Assembly: GCA_001179505.1 (NCBI GenBank)
Contig: CDMY01000275.1
Coordinates: 1 to 63,932 of the forward strand
DNA from: Vitrella brassicaformis CCMP3155
Taxonomy: Eukaryota; Protista; Chromerida
Direction of reading: 5' to 3'
Length of the DNA stretch: 63,932 nucleotides
Shown: one piece after another, positions 12,639-25,060 of the stretch
Layout: the number at the start of each line of letters is the position of its first letter
How positions within the stretch are numbered: position 1 is the stretch's first letter
The notes under the pieces: model-generated
Seen by the model: only the letters and a program-made list of their open reading frames with translations
The model's database searches: none
Told to the model about the DNA's origin: nothing
Made by a program: the position numbers and the translations under genes

Positions 12639-14148
12639 ATGTCTGGAAGGACTGAGTGGGTGAGGCTCTACTATGACGAGCACCTCACGTCGAGCAAGAT
12701 AAGGCGCGTGAAGGACCTGGTCGACGAGACTATCCTGCTCCCACACGAGGCCATGCGCGGCAAGGTACGGTGCCGACCTGCGGCAGTGCAGACGAGACGC
12801 CAGTCAGTGCATATGCGCATCTGTCCACTGGTCTGCGGCAGATACGTGAGCTGAGGGAGGTGATGACCAAAGTGGTCATGTGCCAGAAGTGGAGGACAGG
12901 TCACTTTGAAAGAGCGGAGACACCACCCCACCGACCTGCGCATACCCTGACATGTACGCTTCCCTTGGCCTCCCTGCAGACCTTTTCTATCGGTGGTTCC
13001 GTTCGTGTCTGGGCCCCTTCATGGAGAAGGCACTCACACTCGAGATGTATGTCAGCGATGGATGCACAGATGGCTGGGAGGGAGGTGGGTGCTGCTCATG
13101 TCTCCTTCCCTTGTGCGTGGCGGATGCAGCCATTTGATCCAGCGGTTGGACAAGAGGGGCTCCCGTCCTCTTGGGCAGAAGGAAGGGGAGATTGCTGAGG
13201 AGCTGTTCGAAACGTATAAGGAGTGCATGGAGGTGAGTGAGCACACGAGAGGGGATGGGGGCCACGTGTCTCTCATGTCTCCTTGGCTTTGCGTCTCGTC
13301 TGTCTGCAGTTGATCGATGAGGTGGGTGATTGTGGGTGCGGTGCGGGTGTACTCGACGGCCGTCGATTCCAGCTGTCGTTCATCTGATCATACCCGTCTT
13401 CTCTGCTGTGGTGCTGTGGTGTTGTCTGCAGGTTTATGACTGCCATCGCTGGTTCAAGGAGACCAAGCAGATGTCCAAGAACCCCACGCGACGTCTCGAG
13501 TACGGCATACAGACACGCACTCACGCAGAGAACGCCGTCCACCCACGGAGAGGACGCACTCTGTCTCTCTTTTGTGTCCAGCGCTCTGATCCGCGATGTG
13601 GGCGGGGCTGTGGACAACCTCACCAAGCGTTTGGAAGAGCACCTGGTAAGTGGAAGCGACCGACAAGCATGGCCACCGGCTGCTGCCAGGCCAGGCGCAT
13701 AAGTGTTGTGTTCGCTTCGCTTGCCCTGCAGGCCCGGGTGGAAGAAGTGATACCGGCGATGACTCGCCGCAAGTTTGGGTATCGCAACGGGTACGAGAAG
13801 GCCGTGGAGGAGTATGTGCAGGGCATCAAGCTGGCAGACGCTGCGGTGCTGCTGCCCTCCCTCCTCGAGGCCGCTGACAAGTGGATGACCGACGAAGGGA
13901 AGAAAAAAGGGGCCCTGGGCAAGATTACCCAATGCACGGCCTGGCTCAACACAAACTTCTGGCAGAACAACTACTCACATCGCAACAAAAGTGCGCTGAG
14001 AAGGACACATGTGTCCCCGGGAGACATGCTGACGACAGATAGATGTCTTTTCTTCTCCCTGTGTTGGTCAGCTATGCTGGATGACCTGAGAGGTGACGTA
14101 CCGCCTGCTTGCTTCAGATACGGTGGGTGGGCTGGTGGGTACTCATAG
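12639..14148 (+). CDS. Hypothetical multi-exon helical protein
   Basis: Codon-like exons bounded by GT/AG (MSGRTEWVRLYYDEHL..., DLFYRWFRSCLGPFMEKAL, EELFETYKECME, ARVEEVIPAMTRRKFGYRNGYEKAVEEY). No recognised domain; 3' end uncertain. Confidence 0.55.
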
Positions 14149-14823
14149 ATACGTACAGGTAGGTGTTCATGTGCTGGCTGTACATGTGTGTGTGTCTGTC
14201 AGGTTGCTGCTGATTCATCATGAATCCATGATTGATGCGTACGTACGTGAAAGATTCATCCGGCCAGTGATTTGATAGGTGTAGGTCTGTCTGGTGGTGG
14301 CATGGCATGCATGGCATGTGTGTGAGGGCTCTAGGATGGGTGAAATGCCTAAGAGCTCTTGCTGACTGACTGACCTTCACATCGCATCGTATGATTCTCT
14401 TGATACATACGGACATCTCATCTCATCTCATTCGCGTCAAGATACGTACGTGCTTCACAGGCGTGGCGTGTCCGATACAAGATCTGTCCATACACGCCAT
14501 GACGATCGGTCTCTGCATCATTCATGCAGATGGATGGAAAGAGGGCCTCGCTGACTCCAAACGCGCCAGGCACGAAAAGACGTCAGGGTTGCAGAGGGCT
14601 TCGAGTTCGCGGCGGAGTACGAAACGCTGCGCTTCCAAGGATCGAGGAATCGCACCGGCACGTCCTCCTGCACGAACTCGAAGCCCTTTCCAAACCATGG
14701 CGACATAAGTGACGACACACAGCAGCACCAGGGATATGATGCGTCATCCATCGACAGGTCTCTCTCGACATCGCGAGGACCAAAAAGCAAAACAGTACCC
14801 CCCCTCTGAAGTCATTGTCAACA

Positions 14824-15359
14824 TCACCGCGCGTAGGGGTTGAACTGCACACACACGTACACAGACAGACAGCCACAGATGCAGGCCAGGCCAAATGGGC
14901 GTGGCGTCAAGTGCACGTAGATCTATCAGATCTGCCCAACCACCATCTCCCTCCCTCCCTCCCTCCCCCTCCCTCACCCACCTGGAAAGGGAAGTGCTTG
15001 TCGTAGGAGAAGAGTCTGGCCTTGAGCCACAGCGCCATCATCGACTGCTTGACGTCTGTGGTGTGCGCCGGCCGGGGCATGAGCACGTTGAAGGCGTAGT
15101 CCACCCTGGCGCGTTGGCTGCCGGTGCTCTTGAGGTACTCGGGCAGCGCCTTGACCACATTGACGTCGTCCCACGAGAAAGCGTTGAAGGCCATCTTCAT
15201 GGCCTGCTCCTCCTGCCAGTCCGCCGCTGTCTCGTATGCCACTATCATCTTGAGGTCGCTGATAAGCCTCTCAACAGCGGCCGGCTTCTGTTTGGCAAGT
15301 TCAGCTGTCACGAAGGTCTGCTGGTCAGCCGTCAGCGGTGACGATGAGGCCCCTGACAT
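14824..15359 (-). CDS. Small unknown protein (2 exons), head-to-head with Dicer
   Basis: Exon MSGASSSPLTADQQ...WLKARLFSYDKHFPFQ, GT donor, then CAG acceptor at 14845-14847 giving FNPYAR* (TGA 14824-14826). Confidence 0.7.
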
Positions 15360-15672
15360 GGCGAAAGGGTGCAGATCTTCGTTTCCCATGCGCCGATCGC
15401 TTGCAGCTCGCAAGAGAATGAGATGGGCAAATCGCCGCGAATTTCGCTGCAGGAGAATCAGCTCGCTCGGTACTGTCAGTCACTGCTTGGAAACCGTCGT
15501 GTATTCCTACATGACATCAGCAGCCGTCAATTCCTGACTCAGAGCTGGACGCTGTGTGCAAGTGATCTCGGCTGTCCCTGGGGCTGTCCGCAGTGTATTG
15601 GAGGACAGCATCGCTTTGCATAGCCCCTGCTGTGTCGTTTGATTCATCAGCACAAGTGACAAGACCACAAGG

Positions 15673-16877
15673 ATGGACCGCGAGCAGAGCACCCATTCGC
15701 CATCGCGGATGAATGCTCCTCGAGACTACCAGCTGTGGCTCTTTGACAGAGTCAAGAGGGACAACAGCATCGTCTTCATGCCAACAAACACAGGTATGCA
15801 AGGCCGCACTCAACGCCCTCTGCGGTAATTCGTGTGTATATGTGTGTGTGTGTGTGTGGATGGATGGATGTGTGTGTCTGCAGGGAAGACCCGCATAGCC
15901 ACGCTGCTGATCGACCACGTTCTGAATCAGCCTGAGTGCGCGTCCAATATCATCGTTTTTTTGGCGCCAACGTACGTCAAGAAGCACTCTACTCCTGAGC
16001 CCACTCATACGCACTCCATTCATTCGACTGTCAGGAAACCGCTGGGCGCCCAGCAGGAGGCCGTGATTGAGCTCGAGACCCGGGCAGGGCCCGTCCTCAT
16101 TCACGGCGATGTCCGCCTTGTGGGACCTGACTCAGGTAGCTACGAAGACACGCACAAACAAGACGGCGAGAAAGTGCGGCGTACACAGACAGTGGTAGTG
16201 TGTGCGCACATTCAGACAACTGGGACGATCCTTTGACGTGGGATCGACTCTTTTACGACTTGGAGGGCAACGCGGCGACGCCATTCACGTCTGTCGGAGT
16301 AGATCAGGACACCCTCAAGTCGTTCAGGACGTCGTGGATGGACGACGCGCAGCAGACCGCCGCTGCTGAAGACGCGTCGGATGTCTACAGCAGCGTGTGC
16401 GGGCCGCCCCGCGTATTCGTGATGACGCCCGCCAAGATGGTGGAGCTGCTGCATCCCGGCATGATTCGCCTGGATAGGGTGGCGCTGATGGTGCTGGATG
16501 AGTGCCACCACGTCAAGGGAGGCGACATGTACTCGTCCATCATGAGAAACTTCTACGATAGGGTGCCGGTGAGCAAACAGGGGGAAACCAAGGCAGATCC
16601 CAACCGGGACGTAAATATGATGGCGCATGTGTGTGTGTGTGTGCGTGTGTGTGTGCAGGTGAAAGATCGGCCACACATCCTCGGTCTGACTGCGTACCCA
16701 TCGAAAGGGAAGGCCAATGCATATGAGGCGATGGCCCAGGATGAGATCCATGCTATCGAAAGAGTGCTGTGCGCGCGACTGATCGTCCCACCAGCAGCCC
16801 TCTTGGAACCCTTCTGCCCCGTAACCAAAGCAAATGAAGATACTGCGTCGCACCAGAGTCCATCGAGTCTCTCTCCC

Positions 16878-16908
<31 letters not shown>

Positions 16909-19900
16909 TTCTCTGTGTGTGTGTGTGTGTGTGTGTGTCTTCAGTCCGTCACGGAGGAGCAGCTCAGATACGACGTGCCGCCCCCAGACAGCCATGCCGA
17001 CTGGCAATCCGTCCTCGACAACCAGCTGTGGGCACCCCTCTTCGCCACGGAGATCCCGGCTGCATTCGACAGACAGGACAAGGAGGCCCTTGCTCACCTC
17101 AATCCATCCCTGACGGCCGACCAGTGGATCGAGAAGGCCAAGGAGCACGTCACTAAACGCCTGGAGGGGGTGAAGGGAAACGTGTCGGTGGTGTTGACCG
17201 ATGTGGGTATCCGTGGGGTGGTGAATGGGCTGACGGTGGTGGCGCAGAAGGGCGGCATCATGGTGGCCGACGACGAGGACCAGAGCAGCGACGCAAGTGG
17301 CCCTGCGCGTAAGAAACAGAAGCTGCCCCCGGACGCAGGTGCCGATACAGACTGTGCTTTTCCCGTTATATGTGTAGAAGAGCTCTTCTTCTCTGGTGTA
17401 TGCAGGTGCGCCACCTGACCTGCTGCAGGAGATCTATCAGCTGCCACTGCAGCTCCTCACCACAGCCCTTCAACCAAGACCAACAGGCGCCGCTCTGGTC
17501 GCCCCACCCGATGCACCCGGCCCCTCGCCCGTCCTGAGCGATCACATGATGGACCTCCTCCTGACTCCCAAGGTCAAGCTGCTCCGCGAGACCATCCTAG
17601 ATGCACTTGAGCCGTTCAGAGTGGCCGGTGCTGGCGACTTCCAACTCTATGGTGACTCTGCCGGCTCGACAACGGCAATCCGCCACTACTCAGCTGCAGT
17701 GCACCAGCTGAAGGTGCTCGTGTTTGTAGAGCGGCGGCTTGCTGCTGTGGCTCTAAAGGCTGTGCTACAGGAGACCCTCCGAGGGCCGGATGGGAGGGGT
17801 CTGACTGTAGAGGTGGTCATGGGGACCAACGCCAGTGCGGCGGGCAACCCTGGCAAAGTGGAGTTTGATGGTACGCACGGAAGGGCGATACAGGGAGTGT
17901 GGGAGCCCTTCTTCGTGCGCCTGCCTGTGATGTGCAGCCAAGGCCCAGGACGCCATAATGGGTCGGTTTCGGGACACCACAGCAGCAGGCATACAAGTGC
18001 TGGTACGTACGGACACACGACCACAGGCAGGCAAACGGAAGATGAATCAATCGCTCGTGTGCGGTGCGCATGCGTGTCTGTCTCATCCCCTGGCTGTCCA
18101 GATCTCCACCAGCGTGTTAGAGGAGGGCATCGACGTCCCTCTCTGCAACTGTGTCGTCCGCTTCTCTCCCGTCGTCACCGGCAAGGAGAACGTCCAGTGC
18201 CGCGGCCGGGCGAGAAAGGCCGGCTCGCGCTACATCCACCTCATCCCCAACTCGCAAGACGGCATCGCAATCCGGCACCGACTGGCGAGCTATCAGCGAT
18301 TTGAGACGCTGCTGAGAGAACAGGCCAAGGCCAACCAAGAGGCGGCCATGAGAGGCGAGGGCGGAGCGGTGGGGGCTGGGAGGGCGGTGGAGAGTCCGTA
18401 TGTGACTGTGGATGACGTGGAGAGGGAGGCCGGTGTGCGGCCGCTCTTTGTGCCGGCGACGGGCGCTTATGTGCCGCCGGACAGGGGATTCGTCAAGGAC
18501 AAACTCTACAAGTGAGTGGACAGCTGACGGCTGACCTACAGCCATGCATCTCTGATTCTGTCTTTGCTCATGATGTAGGCTGTATCATGCGTACAATCCG
18601 CTGTCTGGCAAGTACGAGAGCGTCTACGGCATCATGGTCCTGGAGAAGGAGAAGGAGACCCTCTCCTACGACCCCTCCACACACACCGCCACACTCACCC
18701 TGCCCGCATTCAAGTAAGAGTGCAGACCCCCATGCGCCTCAGTGGCACAGCAGCAACAAGGGGCCAATGACGGCGACACCATGATTGTCACGCACACGGG
18801 GTGGAGGAGAGCTGTCGGCCGCCTGGGCGGGGAGGAGAGCCCCAAGGAGCTGAAGGAGAGGGTCATCATCGGGGTGTACATGCAGGCCCTGCAGACCCTA
18901 CACCAGGTGAGAGCGGGGGGAGATTGATGCGGTCGGTCGGTCGGTCGGTTCGTGTGTGTGGATGGGGTGGGATGCGTGTGTACGTATTTGTGTCAGATGG
19001 GTATCATAGACGACCACCTGATGCGATACGGCAGCATCGCACGCCAGCACTGGGAGAAGAAACGCAGGAAGTATGGCCAAGCCATCACTCTGCCACGAAA
19101 GGTACGTCGTAGACACGAAGGTCATCGAAACCCCATCCCATCTGCCTTTCATCCTTTCCGCCTCTCTCTCAGCCTCCGCTTTGCACATCGTGGCCTGATG
19201 GCATCCTCCCGCACCACTTCGCCCCCTCCCCACCCCCAGCCCCCTCCTCGCTCCCCTCTCTGCTGCTGCACACGCTGTCATTCTCGCCACCAGGCAGCCT
19301 GCTGCACTTCCCTGACTACGGCGGCCTCATGGGTCGCTACAGAATGGCGGATGGGGTGAAGCACAGGAGAATTGTCACGCCGGTGGGGATTGTGATGGCG
19401 GCTGGGCTCGTCGGGGGCGAGAGCATGGTGCTGGACGGGCTGTTCTACCCGATGAACAACGAGGCGTTTGGCGTGGAGGTGAGGCGAGAGGCCGAGGTCA
19501 GCGTCACGATAGAGTAAGCGCGGAAGCTGCAGGTGGGTGGGTGGGATGGTGGGCATGGATGTGTGCATCCGGATCGGTGCGTGGGTGTCATTGCAGGTGT
19601 GGACCAACAAGAGCTGCCGCCTTCTCGATGTCAAGAACTTCATCCATTGGGGGGGCCAGGGCCAGCAGCACCCGACCAACATCAACTCACTAATGGATGT
19701 CGACGCCTCAACCGACCGTGACCCCCATCTTCCCCCTTTCGCCTTTGCGGCCCCTCTCGACTCATCTGGCAAGGCCATCGACTGGCGATTCGTCGACGCA
19801 GCGCTGGAATACATCAACATGTAGGGAAAGAAGCTGCCGTGCGGGTGCTTTTTCTCTACACACACTGCGCCACGTGTGTTGTCATTCAGGTACGAGAGCC

Positions 19901-22296
19901 AGACGAGGCGTCAGGGGCGGATGGCCGTACCCAGCATGGTGGCGGTGAGGGCGGCGTCCCACGGGCCGGCAGCCGCCATGCTGGAGGCTCTGGGCTCACG
20001 CAATGGCGAGGAGCAGATGGCCCTGTCGCCTTCCAAGCGGACCAAAGCCCGGCGCTACAGATGGCACACGTGGGCGAGGAGGGAGGGAAGGAGAACGTCA
20101 GGAGGGATACATACCCATTTGTGTGTTGCTGCGTTGGGTGTGTTGGTGTCTGTCTGTCAGTGTGAGGGGCATTGTTGAGAACGAGAACGCATCCACTTTT
20201 GCTGTGGAGGATGGCCAGACGCTGCAGCAGTACTGCGCTCAATCATGGTAAGCCGGACGGACACACAGCCAGAGAGTGCCCGCGCTACACGGCTGCGCTG
20301 CAGTTGCGTGTTGTGTTTGTGCCTGTGAGCAGCAAGCACATGACTGAGCGCTTCGATGCACCGTTCCTCGTAGAGGCAGACCAATTCAGAGGGGTGGGTG
20401 TGGAGAGAAGAGACGCTCGCTCACTCATATCTGGTAATACTTGTGTTGTGTGGTTGCTGACAGGGCACTCGCAGTTTGTTGTATGAGGAGGAGAAGCTGC
20501 GCCCGACATCACAGCTGCGGAAGGACCGCTACCACCCACCAGAGCTGCTCAAACTCCTGCCACTTACCGCACCCATGGTATACACACCGAGAGAGAGAGG
20601 AAGATGGCGAGACGACTCTCCACCCATTGCTGCCTCTAATGTCTGCAGGCCGAATCGCTGACGTGGCTGCCCTCCCTCCTGTACCTGATAGAAGTGCAGC
20701 AGGCCATACAGGAGTTCCGCCACACCCTGCTCTCACGCCTCAACGACCGACTCAGCTCAGTCGACCAGACCCAGGCAGCGATCCATCTCGACTATGGCCG
20801 CCTCGTCGAGGCGTTGACGTGCCCCCTGCTCAACTCGCAGATTGGGGCGACCAAGGACGTCTTGGTCGACTGGCGGGCTCCCGCTGATCTGCGCCCGAGT
20901 GGGTGTCGGTCAGACTACCAACGACTAGAGGTGCGTGCAGCCGGCTGGCTGGCCTTCTGCTTGTGTTTGTGGTGGTGGTCACGTTGAGATGGCGTCTGTG
21001 TTGTCTTGAGTTGTGTTGAGTGCAGTGGTTGGGGGATGCCGTGCTGAAGTTCCTTGCCAACCTTGGCGCCTACCACGCGTGCGAGGGCCGCGGGGAGGGG
21101 CCCATGACGTCACTGTCCAGCCAGATGAAGGCCAACGAATACCTCCGCAAGTACGTGAGAGCACGGGAATCTTCGTGCTTGCGTGTGCGTGCATCTTTCC
21201 TGCATCCAGGATGTGCAAGGAGCACCGCTTCTACGAGTACACGTGGGCCCAGCCGTTCAGCCGCAGGCGGACAGTCGAGTCTACCCGAGCACAGACCATC
21301 GGCGACAAGACACTCGCCGACATTGTCGAATCCATCATGGGGGCCATCTACCTCTCCAACATACACCACGATGACACCAAGATAGAGGTGCGCACACCCC
21401 CACCCCCCCTCCACACACACAGAGAGAGAGCAGGTGTCGTATGGCTGCATGACTTGCAGGTCGATGATGTCGCTAACGATGCCCCTGACTACCAGCGGGG
21501 CGTAACAGCTGTAGCCGCCTTTGTCGACACCTTCCTCCACATGGACGACATGCCCTGCCTGCTGCCGCTGCTCTATGCGCCGACGGCCAACGATACGGCG
21601 ATGGCCAACGGTGCTGGGGAAGCGCGTGATTTGGGGCCGATCGAGGCCATGTGGGGGCGGCAGTTCCACGACCAAGGCCTGCTGAGGAAGGCGCTCACGA
21701 GCCGCTCGTGCGTTGGTGCGGGTGTGTCGAGTGCCGCCCAGACGAACGAGGAGCTAGAGTTCGTCGGCGATGCCGTGCTGGAGGTCCTCGTGTGCCATCA
21801 GATCTTCTTCGACGACACGCCGGCCGCCCCGTCGGCCGCCGGCGAGCTGATATCCGTCGACCCCCTAGATACGGAAGAAGGTACACCACCCATACAGGCA
21901 CACACATGACGACCATGGCAAGACGCCCTCTCTCATCGTGCCTGCCATGGTGAATGGGCGTCTGTAGGTCGCCTCACCGATCGAAAGAAGAGCTTGCTCT
22001 CCAACAGACACCTCTGCGAGCGGCTTCTGGCGCGCCTCCGTGACGCACCGTCCGGCCGTCTGTGCATCAGCGACGTGCTGAGGGTGGGCAATGCGGCGCA
22101 GCGTGATCATCTGAGGCAGCTGCAGATGGACTGGGAGGCGAGGAGGGAGGATTGGTCAGCGGGGCGTGAGGAGAGTGGCGTGAAGCATGTGGGGGACCTC
22201 TATGAGGCGCTGGTGGGCGCCACGTATGTCGATAGTGGCGGGGACCTGCTGGCCGTCTGGCGGGTGATAAGTCCCGACACTTGTGTGTGTAGATAG
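15673..22296 (+). CDS. DCL: Dicer-like protein: DExD/H helicase, dimerisation-like region, degenerate PAZ-like region, RNase IIIa + IIIb
   Basis: RDYQ, PTNTGKT, IIVFLAPT, VLDECHH, ILGLTA, VLVFVERR, STSVLEEGIDVPLCNCVVRF, VQCRGRAR. PAZ-like TLQQY...FLVE...PPELL. RNase IIIa YQRLEWLGDAVLKF...LADIVESIMGA; RNase IIIb NEELEFVGDAVLE...VGDLYEALVGATYVDSG. Confidence 0.95.
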
Positions 22297-22469
22297 CCTA
22301 GCCCGTGGTCGGTGCGGGACAGGCGGGCAGTCTTGTAAGTAAACGATTTTCCATGAGTAATATGTATGTAATATGAGGGAGCTCATGATAGAGTGTATGC
22401 GCTTGGCCACTGTGCATGTATCTGTCTTATGTGTCTTGGGTAGGTCATGTGCCCTGCCCGTTTTTGTCA

Positions 22470-22818
22470 CAGCAGGGCAGGCACGTTTTGACGCCGTTTT
22501 GCAGTAATGATATATGCTGCGTGACCAGTGGCCCTCGGTAGACAGGGATTTTTTCTTTCAGTTGCTATGCAGAGGCGGGTGGGTCGTCCTCCGGATGAGT
22601 GCTTTTCTAGTCAGCAGTTGACCCATGCAGGAGGGCACACAGGCACACACCTGTACACTGTCAGAGACACACAGAAAGATAAATCGCTGCGGGCAGAGAG
22701 ATAAAAGCCGGAGGGCTGGGGTGGGTATTGCGGGGTCGCTACTGCACTTCACTCACTGACCCTCTCTCCATACCATACCATACCTGTGTAAGAGACGCTG
22801 CACGTGTGGCTGCCTCCG
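22470..22818. repeat. ~350-bp dispersed repeat, copy B (reverse complement of 5201-5549)
   Basis: See copy A; starts ~174 bp after the Dicer stop codon. Confidence 0.92.
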
Positions 22819-23335
22819 TCACGTTGTGTGTGCCAAGCCAATCTAAGTTGCGTGCGCATACTTATGCACGTACCCCTGGCCGCGTGCGGCATGTGTGTGT
22901 GCATGTACGTGCTTGTCACAGACGACAAGCATTCAGTGAGTAAATCCGACCAGTCAGTCAATCGGTAGCCATACCATAACATGACATGTCACCATGTCAC
23001 CACACCCACCCACCATGTACGTTGATGGTGCCGAGAGAGAACTCACCACGGTAGCGACACACTCTGTCGTCGCATCGTGGCCGGCCAACGACATATACAT
23101 ACCCGCTCATATGAGGCCCCCTCCCCTCTCCCGTCACGTGTGCAGACAGACAGACGGCCAGACAGACAGACAGACAGACCGAAGCATGACGCACCTGTCT
23201 CCAAGTGCACTACTTGCCTCGCTGCAGGCAGAGAGAGTAGAGTGCACACACAGCACACGAAAAAGACGAAAAAGGCGGACACCTGAGTTCTTACAGAAAA
23301 CCATGCATCTCCTACGTCTATCTCTCTGTGTCTAT

Positions 23336-24486
23336 CTATCGGCTGGGAACGTATGGGCAGTCGAATTGGAGGGCATAGTCGGAGCCGGGGAACACACAGA
23401 AATAGACGTACCCGGTGGCGTCGGGGTTCTCGCACACGCGGCACTCGTCATACACGCACCGCCCGCACGACAAGCAAACCTCCTCGTTGGGATACTGCTC
23501 ATCAACAGCCTCATCCGAGTCGTCGGGCGGCTCTGAAAGGATACACACACTCAACTCAGACACACACAGACAGAGCCACATGCTGCCTGTCTGTCTGTCT
23601 GTCTGGCCGTCTGTCTATCATCCGTGCGTGCAATCGATGAGGCCGACCTTCACAAGTGATCATCGTTCCCTGGGTGTCGTTTTTCTTGGCGCCGAGGGTG
23701 GACATGGCGGCGATGTCGAAAGGCATGACACACTCGGCGTTCCGGTAAGCCATCCACACCGACTGCATGCATCATTCATTCAACGATGAAAGAGTGGTCC
23801 CTCCCTCCCTTGCTGCTGGCTCACTCACCACATCGGCCGTCTTATTGTCGACCGCGGCAACCACGGCATGTGCGGCTCCGCCCGTTGACGCAGGCACCCT
23901 GACGACGCCGGACGAGTCGCTCGAACGCGAAACGAGCCTGCATGTCATGTGCGTTGCAAGGGGACATCCAGATGCTTGACAAGGTCTTTTCGCGCCTTAA
24001 TTATCCCCCTCCCCACCTACCCGTGCTCTCCTCTATACAGCACGGCCAAGTGCGCATTGTCCGATTTGGAGCTGACAGCCAACATCACCTCGTCAAAACC
24101 CGCAGCTCGCACGTCACCCTGCATGGACACACACACAGAGCGCATCGGTCAGACAGCCTCACCCACCCACAGCCACACCCACCGTACTGTACCAGATTGA
24201 CGTTGATGTACTGTTCGCTCTGCGCCGGGACAGGTCGGGTGGGCAGCGAGGCGAAATGGACCAGCCTGTCCTTCGGAGGCGGCTTATCCATCAACATAGG
24301 CGCCGTGAACACCGGGCACAGCTGTCGCCCTTTCGAGGACTTTTTGTCAGTGTCATGGCGCGTCTGCGCAAGCAGCTTCTGCACGTCTTCCAGCACTTCC
24401 TCGAGCCTTGTGGTTACCGCCTCGCAATGTGTCGGACTGCCGAAAGCAGCGAGGAGAAAGAGGGGAAACAGGAAGGCCTTCATCAT
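23336..24486 (-). CDS. Putative secreted protein with Cys-rich C-terminus
   Basis: N-terminal hydrophobic signal MMKAFLFPLFLLAAFGSPTHCEA; GT/AG-bounded exons; last exon ...EEVCLSCGRCVYDECRVCENPDATGYVYFCVFPGSDYALQFDCPYVPSR*. Confidence 0.6.
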
Positions 24487-25060
24487 CTCGGCCGTTAGAA
24501 AACCCGCAGTTTACATACCTCATTGTAAATTGCCTGTGTTGAGCATGGATGGTTGACAGTACACACGCAAGGAGAGAGAGAGCATCGTGCATGTCTGCAC
24601 AGATGGATGGATGATCACACACATGCAAGCCATGTTTGAAGTGAAGTGATCATGGTGGCAGGCAGGCAGGAGGGAGGTAGTGGGATGGACAGCACCCACA
24701 CTTCCTTCCGTCCCCCGCCTTCCTGGCTCTCGCTGCCGTCCGTGTCTGCGTGGCTGGCTGCATGTGCGCTAGCCGTCTTCCTCCATCCCCCTCCCTACCT
24801 CCCTCCCCTCCCTCTCTCCCTCCCTCTCTCTCTCAATCTCTCAATCTCTCCCTCTCTCTGTCTAACGAATTGCTGCCCTTGCCTTGGCTGCTGGCTATTG
24901 GCAATGAATGACACACACGTGTGTCATGGAGCTACAACAATCAGACAGACTGAGTATGTACAACCATACAAACAGACGGCATCACCCAGCATCCCATCAA
25001 CCACCCAACCGCCCCCCCCTTCCCCGTCTGTCTGTCTGTCTATCGCATCCGCTCGCTAGT

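Noticed and set aside
14391-14790. Short overlapping ORFs between convergent genes
   Set aside because: No motifs or convincing splice structure; probably UTR/intergenic.
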